From NCBI GenBank assembly GCA_907165135.1, contig OU015568.1:1922001-1986000 (forward strand): a DNA stretch of 64,000 nt. Direction: 5' to 3'. Each line of letters begins with the position of its first letter. Within the stretch, counting starts at the first letter, position 1. Made by a program: the position numbers and the translations under genes. The DNA is from Oikopleura dioica (lineage: Eukaryota; Animalia; Chordata). Under the pieces are notes generated by a model. That model was given only the letters and a program-made list of their open reading frames with translations. It did no database searches and had not been told where the DNA came from. Below, piece by piece: positions 36,601-47,547 of this stretch.

Positions 36601-38426
36601 GGCCATGAAGCAGCTATCGGCGGCGCTCAGTTTTCTGTGAATCAAGTTCAATCAGGCCACTATGGAAAATCATCGCGAAATCGAAGAAAGCGATCTCCAA
36701 GAGTCATTCCAAGCATCAGAACTGAGGGACAGTCCCATACTGTTAGCGAAATTCAAGTCGAGGTGAGATCTCTTTTATCCTCCTTCACTCATTTTTCCCA
36801 AGGTCGAAGTGACTCGAGGAAAAAAAGCAAAGAAGGGTGTCCGAATCCAGTATCAATACAATGTCCATCGCAGCGCGATAGAAAATGCCCAAAACGACTT
36901 CGTGTGGGAGCATGATGGCTGGAAGAGTTGCCCTCCCAATGATGCCCGAGGATGCGCGATGAAAAATCGAGTGAAAAAGCCAATCTTTGTCTGCAAATCG
37001 AGAAGGACAGGAAACAGACATAATGACGATGATTGCAATATGCTGAAAAAACCGAAATATCCCCGACCACAGCCGGTAAGAAACGACTTTCGGTCATTGA
37101 TCTTCAAAAAGTTCTAGTGCGCTCCTTGCCCGTTCTACGAGTGGTCCCCTGGCAAATGGGGTAGCTGCCCAATCAATCAGTGCGGTGACGAGCGATACCG
37201 GTACCGTAAAGTCTACTGCAGAAACGGCGACGTAAGCGAATTTGCCTATTACCACTCCTGATCACTTTTTCTAGAAAAACATCGTCGACGATTATTACTG
37301 CGCGCACCTACCGAACAAGCCTGCCGAATCGAACCCCTGCAAGCCAGTTCCGTGCACCCCAAAATGGCACAGTGGAGAGTATTCGCCTTGTAGCGTCACT
37401 TGCGGTGATGGATACAAGGAACGAGTAGTCGAGTGCCGAAGAGGGAAGGAAGTTGTTGGGGATGAACAATGCTACCGCGAAAACTCGTTTGTCCCGGAGA
37501 GAAGAGCAGCTTGTTACGTTTCTTGTCAACAAAGTAAGAAATCTCGATCGACATTTTTCCTCATTGAAATTCTTTCAGCCGAGTCATTTTGCATCGACAA
37601 ATCCGCTATGTGCGAAAAAATCGCCAGCAACGATAATTTCTGCTCTCCAAAGTCCAAAATCGCCAAGTTTTGTTGTGCTTCTTGCCGAAGACTTGGGCGA
37701 AACACCCGTCTCAAAGCTCGTTTGACGCCTCGATACACCTATGAAGACTATCATTTGTAAGTACTCTTCTTAATACCTAAATGAGTGGTTTGGTGATCTA
37801 ATAATTGTGTACTAGGACGGATTTCAACAAGATTGAACCTTTGCCGTAAGTTTCGTTCGGATAACTTGCGGTTATCTTTGAATCACTAATTTAAGAATCC
37901 CTTTTGGCACTCTTCATCGTGCAGGGGACTCTTAAAAGTTTAACTGATTAACAAAAAAGACGGCCTCGATTCGAGGTCGAAAATAATCTTCCTTGATTTC
38001 AATGAATCTTTCAGTTCACCGGGGCCAAATGACGAACCCGAGTACTACAATTCGGAATATGACAGCGAAGAAGACATCATCAACCCCAATGATGATTTAT
38101 TCTCGAGGAAGAGACGCAGTGATGATTATTCTTCATCATTTTTAGAGGTCAGTAAAAACCTTTTTTTCTCAAAATAACATGTCTTCAGGAGTACAGAGAG
38201 CCGCCGAGCAGTGAGCTGTCATGATCAAATGATCTCCCTCACCAACGGATCTATCTCTCTCTACTGCCCTCAGCCGCTACCATCAGCACTGCCAAAAAAT
38301 GTCACCATCATCCTCATTACCTTGCTGCCTCATTTCACAACCGGCGTATGTTTTACCCAAATTTTCAGCTTCATCTTATTTAAAATTTACACAACCAAAG
38401 AACGAAAACTACACAGCATAGCATAA
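27625..38426 (+). CDS. ADAMTS-like secreted metalloprotease (prodomain, M12B, disintegrin-like, TSR1, Cys-rich, spacer, further TSRs)
   Basis: Exon 1 MMIQIFVLLLFQS (27625-27663) splices in phase to 32112 across a 4.4 kb intron. Prodomain CKFYSG...TLSDC; zinc motif HELGHLLGIRTHD with Met-turn SMMA; ADQQCQQTFG; TSR WSTWSTCNVECGTGTRLRTRSC; VPDGTFC; DECGVCGGDGS; spacer IPANAYGI; later TSRs (WGSCP, SPCSVTCGDG). Confidence 0.9.
29650..29800. repeat. Cluster of AAGCCGC...GCGGCTT palindromes (internal part of the same MITE family)
   Basis: GAAGCCGCGCGCGGCTTC, AGCCGCACGAAGCGCGGCT and AGCCGCAAGCGGCT occur within 150 bp. Confidence 0.55.
30470..30640. mobile_element. MITE copy (AACCTGAGTCAG family) in ADAMTS intron 1
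   Basis: GACAACCTGTGTTGAAAACCTGAGTCAGGA...TCCTGACTCAGGCTTTCAACACAGGTTG are near-perfect ~28 bp TIRs. Two internal AAGCCGC/GCGGCTT palindromes. Confidence 0.8.
31613..31715. mobile_element. Short MITE copy (AACCTGAGTCAG family) in ADAMTS intron 1
   Basis: GGCTCGGCAACCTGTGGAGAAAACCTGAGTCAGGGTCCT...GGACCCTAAGTCAGGTTTTCTGCACAAGTT. Confidence 0.75.
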
Positions 38427-39151
38427 AAAATATGTCAATTCATATTCACCAACTAAAAGATCCCGACCTACTATCCAAGCATGAAAATCCCAAAAAATAT
38501 TCAACCTTTCCCGGCTGGTCCCGGCTCCAACTTAAACTACTATCAATACATCATAAATGTATCATGTAAAACCTATGTCTTCAAACTTGATAAAAAAAGA
38601 GCCAACTGGGTATTTTGATAATTCTCCTATCTTCCATTTTAGTTCCTCATCATATTTATTACTATCTACTTTTATTTTTTCATATCTCAACAAAACCATA
38701 AGTTCAAACTAATGTGAAAATTTCATCCCTCCGCCCCCGGTTTTAGCCAAATTCATGGATTAAAACTAGATTCCAATGAGTCATTACTATTGACTCATCT
38801 CTAATGACTCAATTAACTAATAAATGAGTCATCAAATACTGTATATACGAAAAAACTCACTGTAACGTACTGTACCTACCGCTGGTTCAAGAGATTGCTC
38901 AAGGACCTAGCTGCTTATCAAAAAAAAAACATTTATTATAATTTATAAATTATTATTATATTTATAAGCCTGGCTCATTCCGCCGTTATTTTGAACACAC
39001 CATCTCACTTCTTCTTCAGTGCCTTTTTCGGGTGTGTGGGTCACCGGTAGACCCGTTTTCTCCGCGCCTCACACCTTCTACCTCACCTTTAACATAAAAA
39101 TAAATAAATAAAAATAAAGCAAAATGTATTCAAATTCATTCAATACAGGTT

Positions 39152-40410
39152 TTAAAATGGTCTTTTGCACATCATAGTTTTGATACTTTCCGGCTCCCTC
39201 ATCGTCTCATCAAGCCAGGGGTATCGAATAAATAAGGTGCAATCATCATCGTTGCATTCAACCCAGTCGAAAAGGTCTTTGCTGATTTCAGTACAGAGGA
39301 GTTGAATGCTGTCCGACTAGAATCAATTATTTTTATTGAATAGCTCAAAAATTTACCGATTTTCGCCATGGCTTTTAGTTCCTTATCTTACCGCGGCAAG
39401 AGTATCGAAGAACGTCTCCCTCAGAGAAAGAATCAAATGAATCAATTTCGTCTTCCCAGTCGGAAGTGTTTATAAAAAGGACCTGCAAGTAAGCATTCAA
39501 TCCAGCAAACACATCGGATATATTCCGGCATTGTTTTTTCTTTTCTGGGACGCAGATAAAATTTCCTTTTGAAGACCTCGACTTGAGGGACCATTTCCTG
39601 TTAGACATCAGTAGCGGCATAAGATCTTCGTTGAAATTATCAAAGCAAATCGCTGTAGCATCACTTATCGACAAGCCAAGCCACGTGGATGTGAACGAGT
39701 TTTCCAATAATATATCAGCCACTTCTTCATTTTCCTGTATTGTCTTTGGCGAGGGAAGTGTACCGCCAAGGAGTTTGCAAACTGCTTCCGCAGCATCATA
39801 GGGAAGTGGGACCGAAGAAATAGCGACGCCGCTGTGCTCGATATTGATGATTTTTCGAAGCGTATTTTCGTCAAAATTTACTTTGAAATCAACATTCAGC
39901 TCATCGAACTCGGTTGTATTAAATTTGCCACGAATGCTTCCTTCAAAAATCGATTTTATACCAGCATCCTTGTCATTGTCTCCCCTACTAGTAACCGTAG
40001 GTTCACCATACTCATCACTTTCGTCGTCCATACTATTCCAGTCTTGATCCTTCTCGCTGTCTGGTATTCCATCACCATTATCATCATCGTCTTTAAAATT
40101 AGGGATTCCATCAAAGGCGTCGTCGTCGTCGGTATCGGGAATTCCATCACCATCATCATCATAGTCGAGTTTGTTAGGGATTCCATCACCATCATCATCC
40201 TCAGAAACGTCAGGAATACCATCATTGTCATCATCATTGTCAAGATTATCGGGAATACCATCGCCATCAGAGTCGAGTCCATAACCACGTGACACTAATA
40301 ATTTCAAAAGTTTTAAGTGATCTTGTGAACTCACCTCGTCGAATCTCTTGATTGTCGTTTAGCGCAGCTATGCCAGCCAGCAGTGTTGCAAATAATGTCA
40401 ACCAGATCAT
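39152..40410 (-). pseudogene. Paralog A: secreted protein with DxDGDGIPD Ca-binding repeats + CTL-like + Cys-containing C-terminal module; in-frame TAA near the 3' end
   Basis: Signal peptide MIWLTLFATLLAG, about six DGIP(D/N) repeats and a CTL-like region (PYDAAEAVCKLLGGTLP...TSTWLG...FICV). TAA at 39375-39377 aligns with TAC in paralog B, while the downstream splice sites and last exon stay open. Confidence 0.6.
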
Positions 40411-40666
40411 TTTCTAGTAGAGAAACTCGTTAACTCTAATGATTAGAGTCTAATCTCTTTTTTTTTCTTATGAATAAAGTAATCCCAAGTTAATTCAGAA
40501 AGTAAAACTATTTATTTGATTTTCAAATAAGTCGATTTCAGTTTTGAAAAAGAACAAGATTAGCAATTATAATCATCCTTCCTCAGCATCTTTCTTTTGA
40601 CGCTGGACATAAAATAAACAAACGAGCATCGCAAATATTATTTGGATTTTATTTAAATTTCGGGAT

Positions 40667-42471
40667 CTAATAAGGTTTGTTGCACATCATAGTTTGGATA
40701 CTTTCCGGTTTCATCATCGTCTCATCGAGCCAGGGGTATCGAATAAATGAGGTGCAATAATCATTATTGCACTCGACCCAGTCAAATCTTTCTTTGTTGA
40801 TTTCAGTGCAGAGGAGTTGAATGCTGTCCGACTTAAAATCAATGATTTTGAAATGGACAGACCTATCGAAGTTACTTGTTTTCGCCAAGGTTTGTATTTT
40901 CTGATCTTACTGCGGCAAGAATATCGAAAAACGTCTCCTTCAGAAAAAGAATCAAATGAATCGATTTCGTCCGATTGCCAGTTGGAATCATTTTTAAAAA
41001 GGACTTGCAGATAACCATTGAGTGAAAAAAACACATCAGATATATTCCGGCACTGCTTTTTCTTTTCTCGGACGCAGATAAAATGTTCTTTATAAGCTTT
41101 ATTCGTGAGGGACCATCCCCCGTGAGACGTTAGAAGTGGCATTAGATTTTCTTTGAAATTCTGAAAGGCAAGCCCTGATGATTTCAGAAAAATTTTTGCG
41201 GGTCTGAAAATCGTAAAAATTCTGAAAGTGCAGTTTTCTTCAGCTTGTTGAGACGAGTCGAATGGTGGGTCAAACTCTTGATAACTCCAAGGATTGACCG
41301 GTTAACCGGCTTGTTACCGGAAAATACGTTTCCGCTCGCCGTTTTTGTTCTAGAAATGCTAAGATGATGAATGAACCCGGAAACTGATCCTTATGGTCAG
41401 TTCTACTATGGGCAAAAAGATATTGGTCAAATATATAGCGAAACTTTTTTTAACGATAAAAATTCTAAATTTTGTATGTATTTCGTTGTTGCTGCACCTT
41501 CCTAATTTTCGGTCCCATTTTCATAAGAAAATAGAATTTTGGTGATAAGCATCTTATGGTTAGAGATATGATTCTCATTTTTTCACCCACACAAGAACTA
41601 ACTTCAAGGACCAGTTTCCCGCTTTTTTTGTCATTCTAGCATTCCTAGAACAAAAACGGCGACCGGAAATGTATTTTCCGGGAAATTGCCGGCTAACCGG
41701 TTAATCATTGGAGTCATCAAAAGTTTGACCCATCATTCGACTCGTCTCGACGAGCTCAAGAAAACTGCACTTTCAGATTTTTTATGATTTCCGGACCCGC
41801 AAAAATTTTTTTGAAATTATCCCTGTAGCATCAGCAATCGAGGTGCCAAGCCATGTGGAAGTAAACGAATTTTTTCGTAATATCTCAGCGACTACCTCAT
41901 TTTCCTGACTTGTCTTTGGCAAGGGTAACACTCCCCCAAGGAGCTTGCAAACTGCTTTAGCAGCATCATATGGAAGCTTGACGGAAGAAAAAACGACTTT
42001 GTTTTGCTCGATATTGACCAATTTTCGAAGCGTATTTTGGGTAAAATTAACTTTGAAATCAACACGAAGGTCATCGTTTTCGTCAGAACTGACTTTTCCA
42101 AAAAGGTGTCCTTGAAACATCGTTTTCATTTCAGCATCATCGTCGTTGTCCTCGCTACTAACAATTGTGGGTTCACCATTTTCTATACCATCCGAACTTC
42201 CGTCAAAATTTTTTCGGCAGGTTGCACAGCAGTAAGTGGAAAATTTGGAATTTGGAGAGCAGGCTTTCTCGTTTCTTCCAATTCTTTCGCAATCGACGAA
42301 TCTGTCGGTGCATGATGGATCGACTGAAATAGATTTTTTTATGTCTGCTTGAAACTAAAAAGAAACAACAAAGACGTTTGGCCTACCTTCGACTGCGACA
42401 TTTTCGAAGTCGCCACTACTCTCTTGACCTGCTATTCCAGATAGTGTTGCCAATAATGACAACCAGATCAT
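40667..42471 (-). CDS. Paralog B: secreted protein with ShK-like six-Cys module + CTL-like + same C-terminal module
   Basis: Signal peptide MIWLSLLATLSG, then CTDRFVDCERIGRNEKACSPNSKFSTYCCATC, then PYDAAKAVCKLLGGVLP...TSTWLG. It is colinear with paralog A; the frame is restored by removing 41175-41822. Confidence 0.8.
41177..41821. mobile_element. Non-autonomous TIR/foldback element (MITE) forming an intron of paralog B
   Basis: Imperfect inverted arms of ~200 bp (GATGATTTCAGAAAAATTTTTGCGGGTC... versus ...GACCCGCAAAAATTTTTTTGAAATTATC). Flanked by direct repeats: CCCTG at 41173-41177 and 41821-41825, or CCT if the terminal G/C is counted in the TIR. No internal ORF. Confidence 0.92.
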
Positions 42472-43206
42472 TTTGAAAAGAAAAAAAAGAACCAGTAAAG
42501 TCTCTTTTTTCTTTTGAATAAAGTTTTGGCACCTAAATTCAGTAAGAAAACTATTTGTTTGATTTTCAAACATGTCGAGTTCAGTATGAACTCAAGAAAA
42601 GCTCGACAGAATATGTCATTACTCCTCAGAATCTTTCTTCTTGACGGTTTTTAATTTCTATTTCGAATAATCAGATACTGGCCTTAATTATCATTTTTGA
42701 ATAAATTTACCTTCTAAGAGGGCTTTTTTTTATAAATGGCTCATTTTAAATGGGTCATCTTTTCAAATTATAGCTCATTTACATTCGCGTAGATTTTTCC
42801 AAAAAATTAAAACTATTCCCTTTTTTCTACTCATCAAAGCCAGAAATTCAGGAAAAGACACCTTTCAAACATTATTTATGTTTTAAGAGAAGCGCTGGGA
42901 TAAATATTTCAGTCGATTTTCGTCATTTTCAAATTTGGCGCCAGGGAGATACAATCCTGGTGTATCACTCCACCACCAATTCTTGAGCCCCTCTTGCCCC
43001 GCGGCCAGGATCGCCTGTGCTTTTCTTAATTCGAAAGTTAGAGTTAAACACTTAGAGGAGAAAAAAGATAAAGACGTATTATATTCCAATATTTGCAAAT
43101 AACAAATTCCGTCCGGGCAAATAACTCCGCCCTTGTTTGCCCATTGTAATCTGCTCATTTTTTCGATGTTCTATCGTTTGTTATAAAAAAACAGTATCGT
43201 AAAATA

Positions 43207-45633
43207 ATGTTTTTGACGGGGCAAAATCAGCAGGCATTTCTGTACGGGCTTTTCGTACTAGTGCTGACTGTACAAGTGATTTTGCTGACCAGACACACGG
43301 AAAATGTGGAAGAGAATAAGAAACACAAAGAAGTGAAGGTGGAACAGATCAGTAGCCGCGAGGGAAGTTGTAAAGGGCTTTTATGGGAAAGGTAACAAGA
43401 TTTCGCAGAAACCATAAATCGGGACATTTTTTGTAGATTTTATTCTTTCTTGATAAAAAAAATCGAAAATGAACTTCAAATTAAATAGTTTTTTAGAGCC
43501 CAGAAACTGATCTTTGATTAAAAAAAAACAACCCTTGATAATATTTAACATGATAATTATATGTTATTAAAATAATCAAATGATAATAATTATTTTATTC
43601 TATATTCAAATTACCATATTTAGATACACTGGATCAATTTGGCCCATTCCAAAAATCCGAAGAGAAGAAAAAACCTTCACTTTTCTCGACAAAAATATCT
43701 TCATTGAGATCAAGAAAGAGTGCGAAATACTTACAGAACGACTTCTCTACTACGAAAATCTCTTGAAAGAATACACTGGGAAATGTTTCATCTCGAATTC
43801 GGGCGAAGAAAAGACATTTGCAAGCTTCGAAGGCTCTGACAAGGTCGCATCGAAAATTTCTGTCAGTTTCAAGAGCTGTTCTGAGTGGCCAAGTCAGGAA
43901 ATGAAGGAAGAGTATAAGGTCACTGTCAAAAATGGAGAGGTGAAAATTGAAGCGGCTGAAAATTGGGGAATTCTTCATGCGCTAGAAACGGTGATACAGA
44001 GTATTATTGTTGAGGAGGAGAAACCGGCGATCAAGGATGGAATAATTGAGGATGCTCCTAGGAAAGGTTTAATTTTGATTAATATCGGCGACTTATTATT
44101 TTTAGAAAAAAATATTTTCATAGTTTTTTAATAGTTTTTTTTATTTAAAAATTCTTATAAAAAACTCTCAAAAGATTCATCCATCGGGGATTGATGTTGG
44201 ACACAGCTCGTCATTACCTCCCACTGAATATCATCAAAGCTCATATAGCCGGGATGTCGATGAACAAACTCAACGTTTTTCAATGGCACATTGTCGACCG
44301 CGAATCTTTCCCATACATGGGCAAGAAATTCCCAGAACTGGCTGAAAAGGGGGCTTTTTCGATGAACCACATCTACACCATCAAAGACATCAAAGACGTA
44401 ATTGAATACGCACGAGTTCGAGGAATCCGAGTTGTTCCCGAATTCGACTCGCCTGGCCATGCAGATGCTTGGGCAAAGGGTCGACCGGAAGATTTTCTAG
44501 CGGCGTGCAACGGATATGCGAATGAAATGACGAAAAGATCGATGGATCCAAGCAACGAAGAAACTTACAAGCATTTTGACGAGCTCTGGGGAGAGTTAAG
44601 AGAGGTGTTTCACGATGAGTACATTCATCTTGGAGGGGATGAGGTGGACTCAACCTGTTATAAGCAGAATGAGAAGATTGCAAAGTTCATGATGAAGGTA
44701 CTAGATTGCTTCAGTGTACTTCCGGAATCTAGCAATTAGATGTAGTCTTTAACTTAAGCCAATTTTCTTAAAGCTAAAAATATTGGACAGGTATAAAATT
44801 ATTTGTCATAATTATGGTTTTTCTTTCGCTAACTAATAACTCGAAGAATGAAAATTTCGTTATTTCAATTTTTTAGAAAGATATAATGCGGGAAGAAGAT
44901 TTACAGCAATATTGGAATGGGCGATTATTTGAAATTTGCGAAAAGAACAAATTCAAATACATGGTCTGGGAGGAAGCTTGGTACAATGGATTTCCTGAAG
45001 ACGAGGAGCTCGGATTGAACATAAAAGAAAACTCAATAATTGGGATTTGGAAGGACTTTGCTCAGTGGGACTGGAAGCAAACTCTCATGAATGATTTTGA
45101 AAATAGAATGAACTTTTCATAGGAAAGAAATTTTTCAAACTCATAAAAGGAAAACGACTTCAGGCGGTTATAAATCAATCTTGCTGGCTCCGTGGTATCT
45201 CGACTGGGGACAGAACTGGGACATCTCTAATAAGGGTTGGGAATATTTCTACAGCGTGGATATGGAGAAGTATCCAGTCAAGCCTGAGCTGAAGGAATTG
45301 TTCATTGGTGGCTCTGCGGCGTTATGGGCAGAATATGTTGATGCTACTCAAAGGTACTTACTTCCAAAAGACTCCGAGGACTAAAATAGCGAAATCATTT
45401 TTAGCTTGTCACAAACATACCCTCGTCTAAGCGCTACTGCCGAGAAGCTCTGGTCTTTCGATACCAAAAGCACCCCTGGAGAAAACGAGTTTACACGCCT
45501 TGCGGATTTTCGTTGCAAAATGATGTCACGTGGAATCCCTGTAGCTGCAAGAATTACATTCAAAAAGCGACCAGATAGAATGTACTGGAATCATTGCCAG
45601 AAGCCCTTCACGTACGACCTCCATTTACTGTAA
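43207..45633 (+). CDS. Beta-N-acetylhexosaminidase (GH20, HEXA/HEXB-like) with N-terminal membrane anchor
   Basis: SIWPIP, WGILHALET, DAPRFIHRGLMLDTARHY, NKLNVFQWHIVD, RGIRVVPEFDSPGH, catalytic HLGGDEV, APWYLD, GGSAALWAEYVD, YPRLSATAEKLWS. Confidence 0.95.
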
Positions 45634-46053
45634 ATAATTTTTAAATATTGAAAGTTCATGATGCTGCTAAAAAATACTATTACTGTCTGGGAACCAATAA
45701 TACGCCGTAATTATCAATAATAAAGATATGCTCAATTACTTCCGATTTATGATCATTACGTAATATCAAAACGTAAAGTCGTAAAATAGAAATAATAACT
45801 TCATCTGTTGGCATAGAAAATCAGCCACCCAAAGATGAAATGACGCAATTCTTGAGCTAAAATCACAATGGCGAACACGCCGGGTCACTTGATCAATCTC
45901 CATTTTTTTTTCTCGTGAGGACAAATATTTTTATCGGCGCAATATAAAAGCGAATGTTCTAGCGCGCTTTTTATACTAAAGACACAAAAGAACCAAAAAT
46001 CTTCAAGGAAAAAAAGAGAGAGAATCGATCATTTATTCGAAATCAATAAATTC

Positions 46054-47363
46054 ATGGCAGAAGCAGCTAAAGTCAATCGTGAGTACAAATAACTTCATGA
46101 ATCTTGAGAATCTGACTGTACGTGGGGATGAGTACGTGATTTCCTCTCAGAGAAATTGTGCTATCTTTTGGTAATTTTTTTTTCTAGACTAATCTTTATT
46201 TACAGTCCGGTTTTCAAAGAGGGAAATCTAGTTGAGAGAAATTTACCGAGAAAATACTATGGAAAATGAATGTACAGTATTTCATGACAGATTTTTGTAT
46301 TTTCAATCTATTTTTTTGTTTAGCAAAACCTGGAAAAATCGACTGGAATGAAATTCTCGACAAGGCAACAAAACGAGCGCTTGGATCTGGCGGCGCTGGC
46401 GCCTCCGCCATGGTGGTGCAGGTTTGCTCCCTGATGTGGATGCGCACAATCATGAACTATCAATACCGCTATGGAACTTCAACCGCTGAAGCTGCTAGAC
46501 TTCTTTACAAACAAGGAGGAATCCGGAGATTTTACAGAGGAGTTGGGCCAGCTCTGCTTCAGGGACCGCTGAGTAGGTTCAGTGATACAGGCTCGGGTCT
46601 TTTTTGTCTTTGAAATCTTGCGATCAAAATTTTTGGAATTTTTTCATCATTTTTATTTACAAAAAAAAACCCGCGAAAAAGCCGCCAATGCGGGAATGCT
46701 GACAATAATGAACAACCATCCCGCCTTTATCGACCTTCCTATGACCGTCAAAACCGTCGGTGCTTCAGCAGCAGCTGCATCGATGCGAGTTGCCTTGATG
46801 CCAATCGATACGCTAAAAACAACAATGCAAGTTGAGGGCAAAGACGGGCTAAAACTGTTGCGTCAGAAAGGTAAACTTGGCCACGCGTGCCGATGAGGTC
46901 AAATAAGGGCGATTTTTCTAGTTGCGAAATCACCCACAGCTTTGTGGCATGGAAGCATGGGCGCGATGAGTGCTACGTTTGTTGGTCACTATCCGTGGTT
47001 TGCCACGTACAATACGCTTCAAGAAAAGATTCCAACGCCAGAAGGAACTGCTCAAAAGCTCCTTCGAAATGCCGGAATCGGTTTCGCTGCCTCGCTCGTT
47101 TCTGATACCAGTTCTAACTCTCTTCGAGTTCTCAAGGTTCCTTTCTTTTTCTTGCCATTTCTCCTTACTTTTTTTTTATAAAGACGTACCGACAAACAAA
47201 TGCAGAAAAAATTGGCTATGCTCAGTGCGCCAAAAATATCATCGAAAAAGAAGGACTCGTTGGACTTTTTGGCCGTGGACTCAAAACTAGAATTCTCACC
47301 AATGGAATACAATCAATGATGTTCAGCGTATTGTGGAAATATTTTGAAGGCAAACGATCATAA
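46054..47363 (+). CDS. Mitochondrial carrier (SLC25) family protein
   Basis: Tripartite carrier: MRTIMNYQYRYG...GGIRRFYRG, LMPIDTLKTTMQVEG, ATFVGHYPWF...EKEGLVGLFGRGL. Five exons, one intron with a GC donor. Confidence 0.88.
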
Positions 47364-47547
47364 CTTTTTTTTACTGTAACTGCCCTGTAGAAAATATAAT
47401 CTAAGAAATAAAGAGAAAACTGAGATTTCATACCTTTTACGTCTAGGTACGATCTTCTCGCTCGATTTATTTGGAGCATGAAATTTGAAGTGGAGCATGA
47501 ACGGGAGCTCGATATAAGAACGAACCCAGGCTTTTTCTTATCTAAAA

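Noticed and set aside
39834-40292. Long plus-strand Ile/Val-rich ORF and Met-rich alternate-frame ORF (39956-40288)
   Set aside because: Shadow frames of the GAT/GAC-rich Asp repeats of paralog A.
41400-41600. Transposase remnant in the centre of the intronic element
   Set aside because: Short AT-rich spacer with no ORF; the element is non-autonomous.
4597-45633. LPMO plus hexosaminidase as a chitin-utilisation gene cluster
   Set aside because: They are 38 kb apart with many unrelated genes between; no evidence of co-regulation.
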